A stretch of 64,000 nt of DNA from Eledone cirrhosa (lineage: Eukaryota), in contig OZ024740.1 in assembly GCA_964016885.1 (NCBI GenBank), forward strand, positions 175,894,001 through 175,958,000. Reading direction: 5' to 3'. The notes under the pieces are model-generated. The model ran no database searches. It was not told the origin of the DNA and worked only from the letters and a program-made list of their open reading frames with translations. The translations under genes were made by a program, and so were the position numbers. Below, in pieces: positions 38,566 to 51,843 of this stretch (position 1 is the first letter of the stretch; each line of letters starts with the position of its first letter).

Positions 38566-39680
38566 CAACACATGGAATTTTATAGTGACAAACGCTTGGG
38601 TTAAACGTGAGTCACTCTCCAAATGTTTGAAGCTATTAAATCAGTAATACGCAAATACAAATGCAAGACAGCCAGAGACAGCAAACACCACAGCTTTCGT
38701 GTAAAAGTATCAGACATGTGCACGCTCATGTAAATATACATATATAATTGTATGCATATATATATATATAGACACACGTTTTTGGTTGGCATTAATACAT
38801 ACATACTTGCATACATACATACATAAAATGGCTGCGATAGCTGGCACCTTCAAAATTTGCAAAACATTCTTGCGATTCAAGGGATGACAATTTCTTTTCT
38901 TTTACAACCTTGCCACCAGGAAGGTGGCCGGTCAAAAAAATATACTCGAAATTAAGAGAAAGAGATATACACACGTACATACATACATACATACATACAT
39001 ACATACATACATACATACATACATACATACATACATACATACATACATACAAGCATACATATATGCATACACACATACATACATAATACATACATACATA
39101 CATGATGTAATGGCGAAAACACTATACAATGCAAACCGCAGAAACGATAGTACCGACAATAAATATAATAAGGCACAGTGATGTGGGGGATATATGCATA
39201 CATAATATGAAAGAGTACTGCTGGAATGTTCCCGTCTAAACCCCAACAAAATGCAAACACAACAGACCAGACATAGTGCTATGGGCCAGAGAAAAGAAGG
39301 CATGGACAGTAGCGAAAATCAGCTACCTAAATGTCCATATAATAGTAAAGATTAGCGAAAAGGTTTATGCTGAGTCTCTACCTGATACTCCACCCTGACT
39401 ATACGTTTAGATATGTACTTGTGACAATTGGGCATCTGGGCTATGTTATTAACCGCACCAGTACAAATCTTGCGAAGCTGGGCTTCACAAAACCAGAAAG
39501 GAAGGGGACGTCTAGTTAGAAAGTCGTCAGGTCAGAACATTGATGGAACTGTATAAATGTTTAAAACATTTCAGAAATTCAGCATGTAATAACTGCGTAT
39601 GTGCAGATAGATACCGAAACATATGCACGTGTAAACATCTGACTCGAAACGTGCAATAACACATGCAATAACACCCATAT

Positions 39681-39776
<96 letters not shown>

Positions 39777-39852
39777 GCACAGACAAACACACACACACAG
39801 ACACATACAAACATACACATACATACATAGATACATTACATAAATAACATAA

Positions 39853-39919
<67 letters not shown>

Positions 39920-40942
39920 CATTACATATATAACATAAACATATACACACATATATATATATACATTGAATACATACATACATACACATCCCATACATAT
40001 ATACACGCACGCCCGAGCATACACACACGTACTCACATACACATGCTCACACACATACACATACAGATATGCTTACGTTTGATTACATACAAAAATACGC
40101 ATTCGTACCTTCATACATATTTATACTATACACACACATATATATAAATAGCCCCCAGAGCATACACATACACGCGTGCATACATATACATATCACTCAC
40201 ACACACAGACACACACACACACACGTGCACACTTACTCATATATACACAGATAGACACACATCAGGTAGAGAGACTCAGACAAATTACTAACACTTAGTG
40301 TATTGATTTAGTTTTCCGAAATAAAATGAAATTTGTTGAAGCTGAAACGATACGGTATTTGTATGTAAAAATAAACAGACAGACTGGAGAAGGAGGTGGT
40401 GTTTGTTGTGATGGCGATGTAGGAAAAAGATTATGTGCAGTGGCGGCGGCAGGGAAGAAGGAGGGAAAAAGAATAGTGAAGTGAGAGGAAGAGGGGAGAA
40501 GTAGAAAAGAAGGAAAATACAAAGAGCAAAGGTGGTGAAGATGAAGAAGAAAAACTGAATATACAGATACACGAAGTAGATGATGATAATGAAGAAGACA
40601 AACACGAAGCAGAGAACGAATGGAAAAAGGTAAGCAATGAAAGGAAAAGAACAAAATAATGATAATAATAATTAGAGAAAGATATAGATAAAAAGAAAGA
40701 GTGAGAGAGTTAAAATAGTGAGAGAGTAAATGGACGGTAGTATGAGAAAGAGAAAGAAGGAGAATAGAAATGCGAATGAGAAGATAAAATAGAATATGGT
40801 AATGATAGAGTAATGTCGGTCGCTTTATCATTACCATATTTCTAATGAAAGACAGCGCTTGTTGTTTTCAAATAATTTTGAATATAATAAAGGATTTAGA
40901 AGGATTTAGAAATAAAACTTTCCCATTATTAAGCTGAAGTAA

Positions 40943-41155
40943 GTGGGGTAGATTGGCAAAATCGTTAGAGCGTCGAAAAAATGCTTTGTGGCATTTAGTT
41001 GCGACTCTTTACTTTCTGAGGTCAAACACTACTGAATTCAACACTGCCTTTCCTCTTCCCGGGGTGAATAAAATAAAATACCAGTCAATTACTGGAGTTC
41101 ATACTAAACATTCTCTCAAAACTTCTGGCCCTGTGCCTAAATTAGAAAGAATTAT
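40943..41155 (+). mobile_element. Decayed SINE copy; another at 41248-41390
   Basis: ttggcaaaatcgttagag...ttctgaggtcaaa...ggccctgtgcctaaattagaaagaattatt. Confidence 0.7.
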
Positions 41156-41476
41156 TAATCTGGTGTTTATAACATAAACTTAACAAAGATTCTCTGAAAA
41201 TTATGATAGATAAACACTTTCAAATAAATAGCTTCTCTCATAGAACAAAGGTGGCGAATTGACAGTCATTAGAACATCGGGGAGAGGGTTTTGCGGAATT
41301 CGTCCGGATTTCTGCGTACTCAGTTCAAAATTAGCCGAGGTCAACTTTGCCTTTCATCCTTTCTAGGTTGATAAAAAAAAGTACCAGTCCAGTCCAGTGG
41401 AGAAGAGAATAAGAAAAAAGAAAACTATGGGTAGAAGTAGAAGCTAGAAGAGTGACGAGGTTGAATGCGAGTAAAA

Positions 41477-41547
<71 letters not shown>

Positions 41548-41763
41548 CATGTGTGAAGCTTTAAGTGATTGGAAAGGATAAATATATAACTATTTTGCAT
41601 GATAAACAGGAAGAAAGAAAAAAAAATTAATTAATAAAAAAAAAAGAAAGGGGCGACAGGCCACACATCTGTCTAGACGTTATATCTCAGTAGACAAGAT
41701 GAGGAAAACATAGCTGCTGTGTACAGTCAGCGACAGCCGCTACCTGTACTCAGTAACTCAACC

Positions 41764-42330
41764 TCACGGTACCACTTCCTCAGGCGGAATGCACTGTTCA
41801 CAGTTTAGCAGAGACAACAGGAGACACTGGTGGCTACAGTATCGACAGACACGAAAAGCAATTCCCGGCTTTGTGGCCGAAGCGACAAGGTTAGTGGCGG
41901 AGAACATGTTGCAGCACATGGTTGCGAAGAATCGAGATCCCACCCCCTCGAACGGGAAAATGGTTATTCCCTCTAGGCTCTTGCCGTCACCATATTTGTG
42001 CTTGGCAGGCTCAAGTTGTGACAGGAAACCTGTTGAATCAAGGCTCCTTCCATTGACATCGTTCATAGTGGTGTGCTGAAGGAACTGTCCTGCAAAGTGG
42101 CGACATGAGAGCGGATATAGTCTGAATTCGTCGACTATTGCTTCACAGCGGCATTTGTGCAGTTCGTAATAAAGGAGGCTTAGGTGTAGGGTCACTTCGA
42201 TGCGCGTCCACTCATCATCAAGAAGAATACCGGTTGATAAGGAAGGCACCGAACTGAACCACGCGCCGCTGTGACTGCGAGGTGTGTGAAACAGTGTCGG
42301 TCTTATGAAAACTGGATCAGCATCAAGGTT
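41764..42330 (-). pseudogene. Remnant of a CRE-like RLE non-LTR retrotransposon (zinc knuckle + restriction-like endonuclease)
   Basis: HSGAWFSSVP...LLDDEWTRI...CRCEAIVDEFRLYPLSC...QH...LEP...DGKSLEGITIFPF resembles the SGAWL / C.C..D..H.L.C / RH / EP / DGKRPDG pattern. Confidence 0.65.
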
Positions 42331-43417
42331 GAATTGCATTTCATGTTATACCCCACCCAAGTAATAAATAAACGAAAGTCGGAAGAAGAAGAAGAAGAAG
42401 AAGAAGAAGAAGAAGAAGAAGAAAAAGAAGAAGAAGAAGAAGAAGAAGAAGAAGAAGAAGAAGAAAGAGTGAAAAGGAAAACAAAAACGAATTCAATTAG
42501 AAATAAAGAAGAAGAATGATACGAGGCAAGAAAGAAAAACAAACGAGAGGAAAGAAAGAAAAGCAAGGAATAAAAGATAGTAGAAGTGGACAAGAAAGAA
42601 GGAAAGAAAGAAACGAAATATAAATAGAGAAAGAAAGAGAGAAAGAGAGGATAAAAAAGAAGAAAAAATAAAGAAAGATAGGAAAAAATAGAATGAATTA
42701 GGAAACAGCAAAAATAATTCTTTAAAACTAAAAGAAAGATTATTTGTTAAAAGTAATTTTAGAAAAATGTAATTTGAATAAAAAAGGGGAAAAAGAAAGA
42801 ATGATAAAATAGGAAAAGTGAGAAAAAGAATGAAGGAAAGAAAAGAGAAAGAAAGGAAAGGAAAGAAAGCAGCAATGATTAGAAACGTGTAAAAATAGTA
42901 GATCATTTGTTTAAATGTATGGAGAAAAGAAAAGAAAAAATTGCTCCTGTCTAGCGGAGCAGACGACCGACATGTTTCATAACAAGCCGATAGATATACT
43001 AACAAACATAACAATAACTACAGTAATAACAACTACAGAAACAATTATAACAACGTAAACAGGAAACATAAAACGACGACGATTACAATAAAAAAAACCA
43101 CGACCATCAAAACAACAACGAGAACAGCGAATAACAAAATCAACAAAAATACAAATACGAGAAAAACAAAGAACGATAGCAAAACCGATAACTAAAGCAA
43201 AACAACAGCAACATCTATAACGACAAAAATTATAACCATCCCACCATTAACAACTATAGCAAGAAACAAACAATGATGAGTTAAACTGAGACGATTGGTA
43301 TAGGAAACCCAAGGAACGTATTCCAATAACAAGACTAACATAAACAACGGACACTAAAACAATAGAAAAAGAATTTGTTAGAGAGCGATAAAGCGAGATA
43401 AAGAGAAAGAGCGAGAA

Positions 43418-43469
<52 letters not shown>

Positions 43470-43479
43470 TATGACTGAA

Positions 43480-43543
<64 letters not shown>

Positions 43544-43545
<2 letters not shown>

Positions 43546-44040
43546 TTCAAGAGTAACCGATCTTTAATTTATATTCCTTTGAAGTTCCGATGAGCGGCTC
43601 TGTTTTTAAATATATTTTCAACTGAACCAGATCAATAATGATATATAGTCATCTGATACAGAAATATTATATGGAGTAGCGAAACAATTGTAAACGGACA
43701 TTATTATTATTATTATTATTAATATAATATATGGCGGTGAATTGGCAGTATCGGTAGAGGGTTGGACGCCATACTTTCTAGCATAGTTACGTCCCTTTAT
43801 AATCTGAGTTCAAATCCCGCCGAGGTTAACTTTGCCATACATCCTTACGGGGTCGATAAAATAAAGTACCAGTAATGTACTGGGTAATTGCTGGCCTTGT
43901 GTCTAAAGTAGAAACAATTATTATTAATATTATTATTATTATTCTCTACATTCCTTACATCAAACTAAAATATGTTGACAATCTTTTAATAATGTCTTCC
44001 TTGGGAAATTTGTGGTCTTGTTTTGCTTAACTAATGAATA
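43544..44040 (+). mobile_element. Solo pLTR of the 61088-63288 PLE family, carrying a SINE insertion
   Basis: 43571-43725 and 43917-44040 match 62941-63208; begins with an inverted copy of the element's terminal ~22 bp. Confidence 0.85.
43733..43916 (+). mobile_element. Full-length SINE inserted in an (ATT)n tract, TSD ~attattattaatat(a/t)at
   Basis: Absent from the paralogous site at 63079-63110. Confidence 0.92.
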
Positions 44041-45594
44041 TATATCATAATCATGTAACACCAAAATGGAATGGACATGCGTCAGTTTCAACGATGAGTG
44101 CTCCTATTGAAACTAACGAGGAAGTGACTAAGCATTCCATTGGCATGCGTATTCTTAATGTAATTAACATGCCGAATTAATGTAACACAATGTGGGACAA
44201 GGCTGGCCTGTTGAATGACAAGTACAGTCCAGTTGCCAAGCTTCTAAACAACTTCCGTTTAACAAATTTTACTTACAAGGCTTCGGTTGATCCAAGGCTA
44301 TGGTAAAAGACACTTAAGCCAAATGTGACGCAATGAAATTGAATTGGGAACCTAATGGTTTCGAATCAAACGTCTTAACCATTAAGCCATATCTGCGTCC
44401 ACCACAGAGGAAGTGATCTATAAATAACATACAAACACATAAATATCATCAGATTTTCTGATATATAACTTATCAATGTCGAAAGTTTTAAGTAACAACG
44501 CACAAGAGAAAAGAATAAATAGAAAGATTAAATGTTGAATCGTCTGAGATAAGTTAACAAGATCACCATTTTTAATAGCATTAACCTTATCTTTGATGAT
44601 TAGAATTGTTTCAATACTTATATCAGCTCGTCATCATGCGTTTAGTTCAAATCGGATGTGTACACACGAATCAATAAAACACTTCAGGACAAATTAAGAT
44701 CAAATTGATCGAAACGGAGTATAGATGTAATTATTGGTTTCTTACATTAGCAGAAGGTTTCTAATTTTAGGGGAGTGAACAGTTCATTGTATTGACACCC
44801 CAATACTAGTTAGTTAAACGTTTTAAATCTGTCTCATCAGGCTGGTGCTTATTCCAGTTTCATTGGCGTTAAGCGACTGAGAGTACAAGACCTCCCCATC
44901 GACATGATGCCAGTCCATTGCAGAGTCAACCTCAGCTACTGCTGGTGCTCATATTCTGCTGAGTGGATAGTACAACGTGAGCTGAAGTGTTTTGCTGAAG
45001 AACAGAGAACGCCATCTGATCCACATGACGTTACGATCGTAAGTCCAACACATTAATCACAACCCTTGCATATACAATACCAGTACTTAATAGGTACTTT
45101 ATTTTATCAACCCCGAAATAATGAAACGAAAAAGATGATTTTAGTTCGGAACGGAAAAAGCTGACATAAATCTCGAAAAGCATTTGTTACGATACCTCAA
45201 CGATTCTATTAATCCATAATATTGGAATATAAGGTGAGTAGTCTTTATTAACCTAATAAGGTATGTAGAAATTTAGAAGACATATTTATAGAAACATTTG
45301 GTCATGCATTTAATCAATACTATATATGAGATCCTTAGAGTTTTCTGTAACATGGTTGTTTTTGAGGCACCAATGAAAATCGTATCCCTATGTAGTAATT
45401 TCAAGGAAGAACTACCTAAGATTGATTTCAGATTGCCTTTTCCTGGATTACAGAACTACTTGAACTCAACACTGTAAGCCAACGTCGTAGATACATGGAT
45501 CTGAATGGATGAATCCACTCAGTATTTAGTAGGTGTTGCAATATAGTAAACTTCAACGCTGTGGAATGTACCTCCGTCGGTGTCCACTTTGGGT

Positions 45595-45915
45595 GTTTCA
45601 GTTGTCCGATGAACAGAACAGCTTGCTCGCGAAATTAACGTGTAAGTGGTTGAGCATGTAACAGAAACTAGTAGCCTTAATGTAATTCGCAGGGAGATTC
45701 AGCGTGACACAGTGTATGACAAGTCTGAATCTTTCAACTACAGTTACAGACCATCCGACAGGCTTCCAAACAGTTTCTGTCGACCCAATTTCACTCACAA
45801 AACATGGATCGACACTTGCTCAGTATGCCACGCAGTGGGTTCGAACCCGGTACTTAATAATTGTGAATCGATATTCTTAACTATTCGGACAGGTTTCCTT
45901 CACAATTCACCGCAG
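45595..45915 (-). mobile_element. Decayed tRNA-headed SINE of another family; related decayed copy at ~44085-44400
   Basis: B-box-like ggttcgaaccc near 45840; body segments similar between the two loci. Confidence 0.5.
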
Positions 45916-45930
45916 TATGGCTTAACTTTC

Positions 45931-46129
<199 letters not shown>

Positions 46130-46342
46130 GTTAAAAATGTACATCCACATATGTATACTGAAATACTAGTATGCATATGAATACACACACGTGTACATAT
46201 GTAGATGTACCGAGTTTTTCACTGGACACTTTACTGTGAGTGTCCAGCTATTCTGTATGTAAACACACAGACAAACCGGTTTTTAGAGTCATACTGGTTT
46301 TCGAGGAAACACCTTTCCTCTATTCTCCAGAAACCAGACAGG

Positions 46343-46387
46343 AATATTGGACTAGTTTCGATGTTGTTACATCTCATCAGCAATATT
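46343..46387 (-). ncRNA. Minimal type I hammerhead ribozyme; further copies at 46808-46852, 47273-47317, 47738-47782
   Basis: AAUAUUG CUGAUGA GAUGU-AACA-ACAUC GAAAC UA GUC CAAUAUU. Confidence 0.9.
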
Positions 46388-48223
46388 TACCTATCTTCCG
46401 GCCTTTCTAGAGAATCTTAAAAGCACATATCGTTATATGCTTTTTCTATGAAAATTAGTAGTGGGCAGACCAATTTGCATAGAGCGTGAGTACGTACCGG
46501 TTCAGCGGAGACGATAAAAACAAATAACGAAACGAAATTAAATTTCGTTTCGTTTGTAACTCACTTTTGTATGACTGACGCTTAAACAATTAAGTTAAAA
46601 ATGTACATCCACATATGTATACTGAAATACTAGTATGCATATGAATACACACACGTGTACATATGTAGATGTACCGAGTTTTTCACTGGACACTTTACTG
46701 TGAGTGTCCAGCTATTCTGTATGTAAACACACAGACAAACCGGTTTTTAGAGTCATACTGGTTTTCGAGGAAACACCTTTCCTCTATTCCCCAGAAAACC
46801 AGACAGGAATATTGGACTAGTTTCGATGTTGTTACATCTCATCAGCATTATTTACCTATCTTCCAGCCTTTCTAGAGAATCGTAAAAGCACATATCGTTA
46901 TATGCTTTTTCTATGAAAATTAGTAGTGGGCAGACCAATTTGCATAGAGCGTGAGTACGTACCGGTTCAGCGGAGACGATAAAAACAAATAACGAAACGA
47001 AATTAAATTTCGTTTCGTTTGTAACTCACTTTTGTATGACTGACGCTTAAACAATTAAGTTAAAAATGTACATCCACATATGTATACTGAAATACTAGTA
47101 TGCATATGAATACACACACGTGTACATATGTAGATGTACCGAGTTTTTCACTGGACACTTTACTGTGAGTGTCCAGCTATTCTGTATGTAAACGCACAGA
47201 CAAACCGGTTTTTAGAGTCATACTGGTTTTCGAGGAAACACCTTTCCTCTATTCCCCAGAAAACCAGACAGGAATATTGGACTAGTTTCGATGTTGTTAC
47301 ATCTCATCAGCAATATTTACCTATCTTCCGGCCTTTCTAGAGAATCGTAAAAGCACATATCGTTATATGCTTTTTCTATGAAAATTAGTAGTGGGCAGAC
47401 CAATTTGCATAGAGCGTGAGTACGTACCGGTTCAGCGGAGACGATAAAAACAAATAACGAAACGAAATTAAATTTCGTTTCGTTTGTAACTCACTTTTGT
47501 ATGACTGACGCTTAAACAATTAAGTTAAAAATGTACATCCACATATGTATACTGAAATACTAGTATGCATATGAATACACACACGTGTACATATGTAGAT
47601 GTACCGAGTTTTTCACTGGACACTTTACTGTGAGTGTCCAGCTATTCTGTATGTAAACACACAGACAAACCGGTTTTTAGAGTCATACTGGTTTTCGAGG
47701 AAACACCTTTCCTCTATTCCCCAGAAAGCCAGACAGGAATATTGGACTAGTTTCGATGTTGTTACATCTCATCAGCAATATTTACCTATCTTCCGGCCTT
47801 TCTAGAGAATCGTAAAAGCACATATCGTTATATGCTTTTTCTATGAAAATTAGTAGTGGGCAGACCAATTTGCATAGAGCGTGAGTACGTACCGGTTCAG
47901 CGGACACTCACAGTAAAGTGTCCAGTGAAAAACTCGGTACATCTACATATGTACACGTGTGTGTATTCATATGCATACTAGTATTTCAGTATACATATGT
48001 GGATGTACATTTTTAACTTAATTGTTTAAGCGTCAGTCATACAAAAGTGAGTTACAAACGAAACGAAATTTAATTTCGTTTCGTTATTTGTTTTTATCGT
48101 CTCCGCTGAACCGGTACGTACTCACGCTCTATGCAAATTGGTCTGCCCACTACTAATTTTCATAGAAAAAGCATATAACGATATGTGCTTTTACGATTCT
48201 CTAGAAAGGCCGGAAGATAGGTA

Positions 48224-48268
48224 AATATTGCTGATGAGATGTAACAACATCGAAACTAGTCCAATATT
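48224..48268 (+). ncRNA. Minimal type I hammerhead ribozyme in the inverted arm; predicted cleavage after 48261
   Basis: aatattg ctgatga gatgtaacaacatc gaaac ta gtc caatatt: 7-bp stem I, canonical core, 5-bp stem II, palindromic ACUAGU stem III. Confidence 0.92.
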
Positions 48269-48555
48269 CCTGTCTGGCTTTCTGGGGAATAGAGGAAAGG
48301 TGTTTCCTCGAAAACCAGTATGACTCTAAAAACCGGTTTGTCTGTGTGTTTACATACAGAATAGCTGGACACTCACAGTAAAGTGTCCAGTGAAAAACTC
48401 GGTACATCTACATATGTACACGTGTGTGTATTCATATGCATACTAGTATTTCAGTATACATATGTGGATGTACATTTTTAACTTAATTGTTTAAGCGTCA
48501 GTCATACAAAAGTGAGTTACAAACGAAACGAAATTTAATTTCGTTTCGTTATTTG

Positions 48556-48593
<38 letters not shown>

Positions 48594-48638
48594 CACACGC
48601 ACACACACACACACACACACACACCATGAATTACAATT

Positions 48639-48719
<81 letters not shown>

Positions 48720-49568
48720 TACGTATATAATTACACGCATATATGTATTTATTTTCTTTTATTAATTGAGTTCTTTACACGAGGAATTGATATTGGTTTT
48801 CAAATAACTAATTAACCCGCATGTGTTTTATATTTTACTCTTAATTCGGCCGGAGAATTATATTCCCATTTGCCCTTTATAGCATAACTTTCTGCATTTA
48901 CTGCGGTTATGAGAAGCGGTTCTTATTCGGGTACAACTTCTGATTTAGCCTAAGAAAATATCTATATGCGTGTGTAATTTATAGAAGCATATATTTATTT
49001 TTTTATTTTCAATTGAGTTCTTAAACACGTCGGATTGATAATGTTTTCAAAAAAACTAATTAACCCGCGTGTATATTATTTTTTTCCTCATTTCGTGGGT
49101 TGTCTCCCCTTCCCGCTTCGTGTCGCTATGATACTTCCTCAGTCAAAAACTGCTGGAATTTCAAATTTGGCGGTCATTCGAGGTGAGAGAGAGCTACTAT
49201 ACGGACATGATTTTTGACAGCGGTAAGAAATTTGTTTTCTTATATCAATGTTTAATGGGCTTCCACTGACGATTTATAAGTGCCCACCTAAATATATTCT
49301 TACAAGAATATATATTAGGCTTCTACATAAACTGGAAATATTCTCCCAAACTTGTAGAAAACTTATAATGAAACAATTGTTTGGAAAGAGAGATATACTT
49401 TAACTTTAATTATATCTCATAAAATAATACAACTGGTTTTTCCACATTATACATATTGTTAGCACCCCAAACACTTAAATTGGGTTTATATTTTAATATA
49501 ACCTAATGTTTGTTGAGTGAGATGGTTACCAGCCAGAGTTTAGCTTTAAACTATCTCTGTTATTGTAT

Positions 49569-49617
<49 letters not shown>

Positions 49618-49681
49618 AAGTTAAATAAAGTTAAATAAAGTTAAATAAAAGTCAAATGATTAAAATTTAGCTTCGTTTATT

Positions 49682-49736
49682 ACTGCTATATATATTTCAG
49701 TGACAGCCATCTTTGGCTGTGACCTCTTCAGGCAGT
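49682..49736 (-). ncRNA. Type I hammerhead ribozyme (PLE pLTR type)
   Basis: ACUGC CUGAAGA GGUCACAGCCA-AAGA-UGGCUGUCACU GAAAU AUAU AUA GCAGU. Confidence 0.75.
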
Positions 49737-49899
49737 TTGAATTAGTATGGTATAGACAAGTACATATGTTGTTTAGGTGTATGATATTGTCAATACTCTG
49801 ATATGCCCAGTTCCTTGTTGGGTTGTTAATTCACTGGGGAACTGGAGTCGAGTGCTCCAGCCTGCATACTGAGGTGTTGGTATACAACCAACATAAACT

Positions 49900-49939
<40 letters not shown>

Positions 49940-50685
49940 AAGATGAATATAAAATGAAAGTGCTTTTTTTAAAAAAGAGGAATTTATTAGGTATTGACAT
50001 GTTTCTGTAACAGACGGAATACCCATGTATCGCTGCTTGCGTAATCATATAATGTTAGCAAGTATTCGATAGCAAATGTATAATCAGTTGTCACTTCTTC
50101 AGAGATTTTGGATGAATTGGAAAATATCAGAAAAATTGAAGTATTTATATTAGTTGTAAGAAAGTAAGAAGAGAGATGATAGTATATGACAGATGGCAAT
50201 TCAATTTACTGCTAAACAAGTATATAAAGGGTTTCTAATGAGAATACAATGAGTAAATGGTTTATTTTATCTAAATAAGAATTTTTGGGAGTGCCTATTT
50301 TAATCTATACTTGACCAATTGAACAATGGACAGGGCAGTCATTTGGTGTAGTAGTATTAATTATAAAGTGTCAATTAAGGAAGGGGCAGATTTCGACTCT
50401 ACTGAATAACATCAATGCTAGTAGCCAGCATTAGGGAATTGAATTAAGAAATCTCATTTTATCTATAGCAGTTTATATTAAATGGTAAATAATACAAGAG
50501 TTGATAGAATTAAGACTAATAGAGAATGTTAATATGTATTTTGACAATCAAACGGAGATGGAGACAGGCGTTGGTAGTATTTGTAATATGAAAATGTAGA
50601 TTTTAAGCGATGGTTACAGTATAACGATCGCTCTATTCTGTTATTTAATAAAATGTTTTTGGATTTCATAATACAAAATAATTCC

Positions 50686-50722
<37 letters not shown>

Positions 50723-50767
50723 ATGATATTAATAAATGGAAACTATATTTATAAAACCATATTTATT

Positions 50768-50820
50768 CTATTATATCTATTTCAAGGGTACCAAAATGCT
50801 GGTGCGCTCTCATCAGATAA
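50768..50820 (-). ncRNA. Type I hammerhead-like motif (PLE pLTR type)
   Basis: UUAU CUGAUGA GAGCGCACCA-GCAUUU-UGGUACCCUU GAAAU AGAU AUA AUAG. Confidence 0.6.
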
Positions 50821-50945
50821 AATACAAAGTTTGTTTTATAAATAGTGAATGGGACCTTAACGGTTCAGGGTTCGGTCTGTTGAATTAAATATCCCTTTGC
50901 TTATACACACACACATACACACACACACACACACAAACACACACA

Positions 50946-50987
<42 letters not shown>

Positions 50988-51145
50988 ATTGTAAGCTTAC
51001 ATAACTGTTGGTTCACCAACTTGAGTACTCGATGCATAGGTAAGTCCGTTTAGGTATAGTACGTGGAATTGTACATTTAGTCTTATACTTGTTATATCTT
51101 GTTATACTATGGTCGGTTTCATTCACAGAGTGTAATATTAATAAT

Positions 51146-51325
51146 TGTTTCTACTTTTGGCACAAGGCCAATAAATTACCCAGTACATTACTGGTACTTT
51201 ATTTTATCGACCCCGTAAAGATGAAAGGCAAAGTTAACCTCGGCGGGATTTGATCTCTGATCATAAAGGACCGTAACTCTATGCTGCAAAGCATGGCGTC
51301 CGACTCTCTACCGATACTGCCAATC
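51146..51325 (-). mobile_element. SINE copy, tail abutting (AAT)
   Basis: taataattgtttctacttttggcacaaggcc...ctaccgatactgccaat. Confidence 0.87.
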
Positions 51326-51329
51326 CTAG

Positions 51330-51545
51330 AAACGAGGTGTCAAAGTTTCATTACGTTTATTAGGTGTGATGCGCATTTCACGATTGATTAATTCAAGGTT
51401 CGATCTGTATCGAACGCGCTCGACTTTGGAATCTGATGATTCCAAAGTCGGACCCCAATGATACAGATCGATTCTTTAGGTGTTCAATCACGAAACGCGC
51501 GTCACGCCTGAATAAACCTAATGATGACACTTTGAAATCTCGATC
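51330..51545. repeat. Imperfect inverted pair of pLTR ends with GAAAC-GCGC-GUC motif
   Basis: Centre cgactttggaatc-tgat-gattccaaagtcg; right arm cgaaacgcgcgtcacg. Confidence 0.55.
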
Positions 51546-51568
51546 TTACTTATTATTAATTATATATA

Positions 51569-51743
51569 CTGGTAAAATTCCGTTATAACGAATACCCTTT
51601 TAACGAACTTTTCAGTATAACGAAAATTGTTTCAATTCCCGGCCACACGCTTGATGTGTTAGGTCGATCTCGTTATAAACATTTTTTCATTACAACGGAT
51701 TTTTTTTATATCCCGTAAATTTCCTTATAACGGAATTTCACTG
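51569..51743. mobile_element. Tc1/mariner (pogo/Tigger-like) MITE
   Basis: Terminal inverted repeats gtaaaattccgttataacgaa / ttccttataacggaatttcac; TA at the left flank. Confidence 0.65.
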
Positions 51744-51755
51744 CATGTGTGTGTG

Positions 51756-51843
<88 letters not shown>

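Noticed and set aside
42271-43260. Poly-Glu and Phe/Leu-rich ORFs as host genes
   Set aside because: (GAA)n and purine-rich low-complexity DNA with no splice or domain support.
46205-48407. Repeated 68-71 aa ORF MYRVFHWTLYCEC...
   Set aside because: No recognisable motif, antisense to the hammerhead strand and frameshifted in unit 1; a by-product of the tandem repeat.
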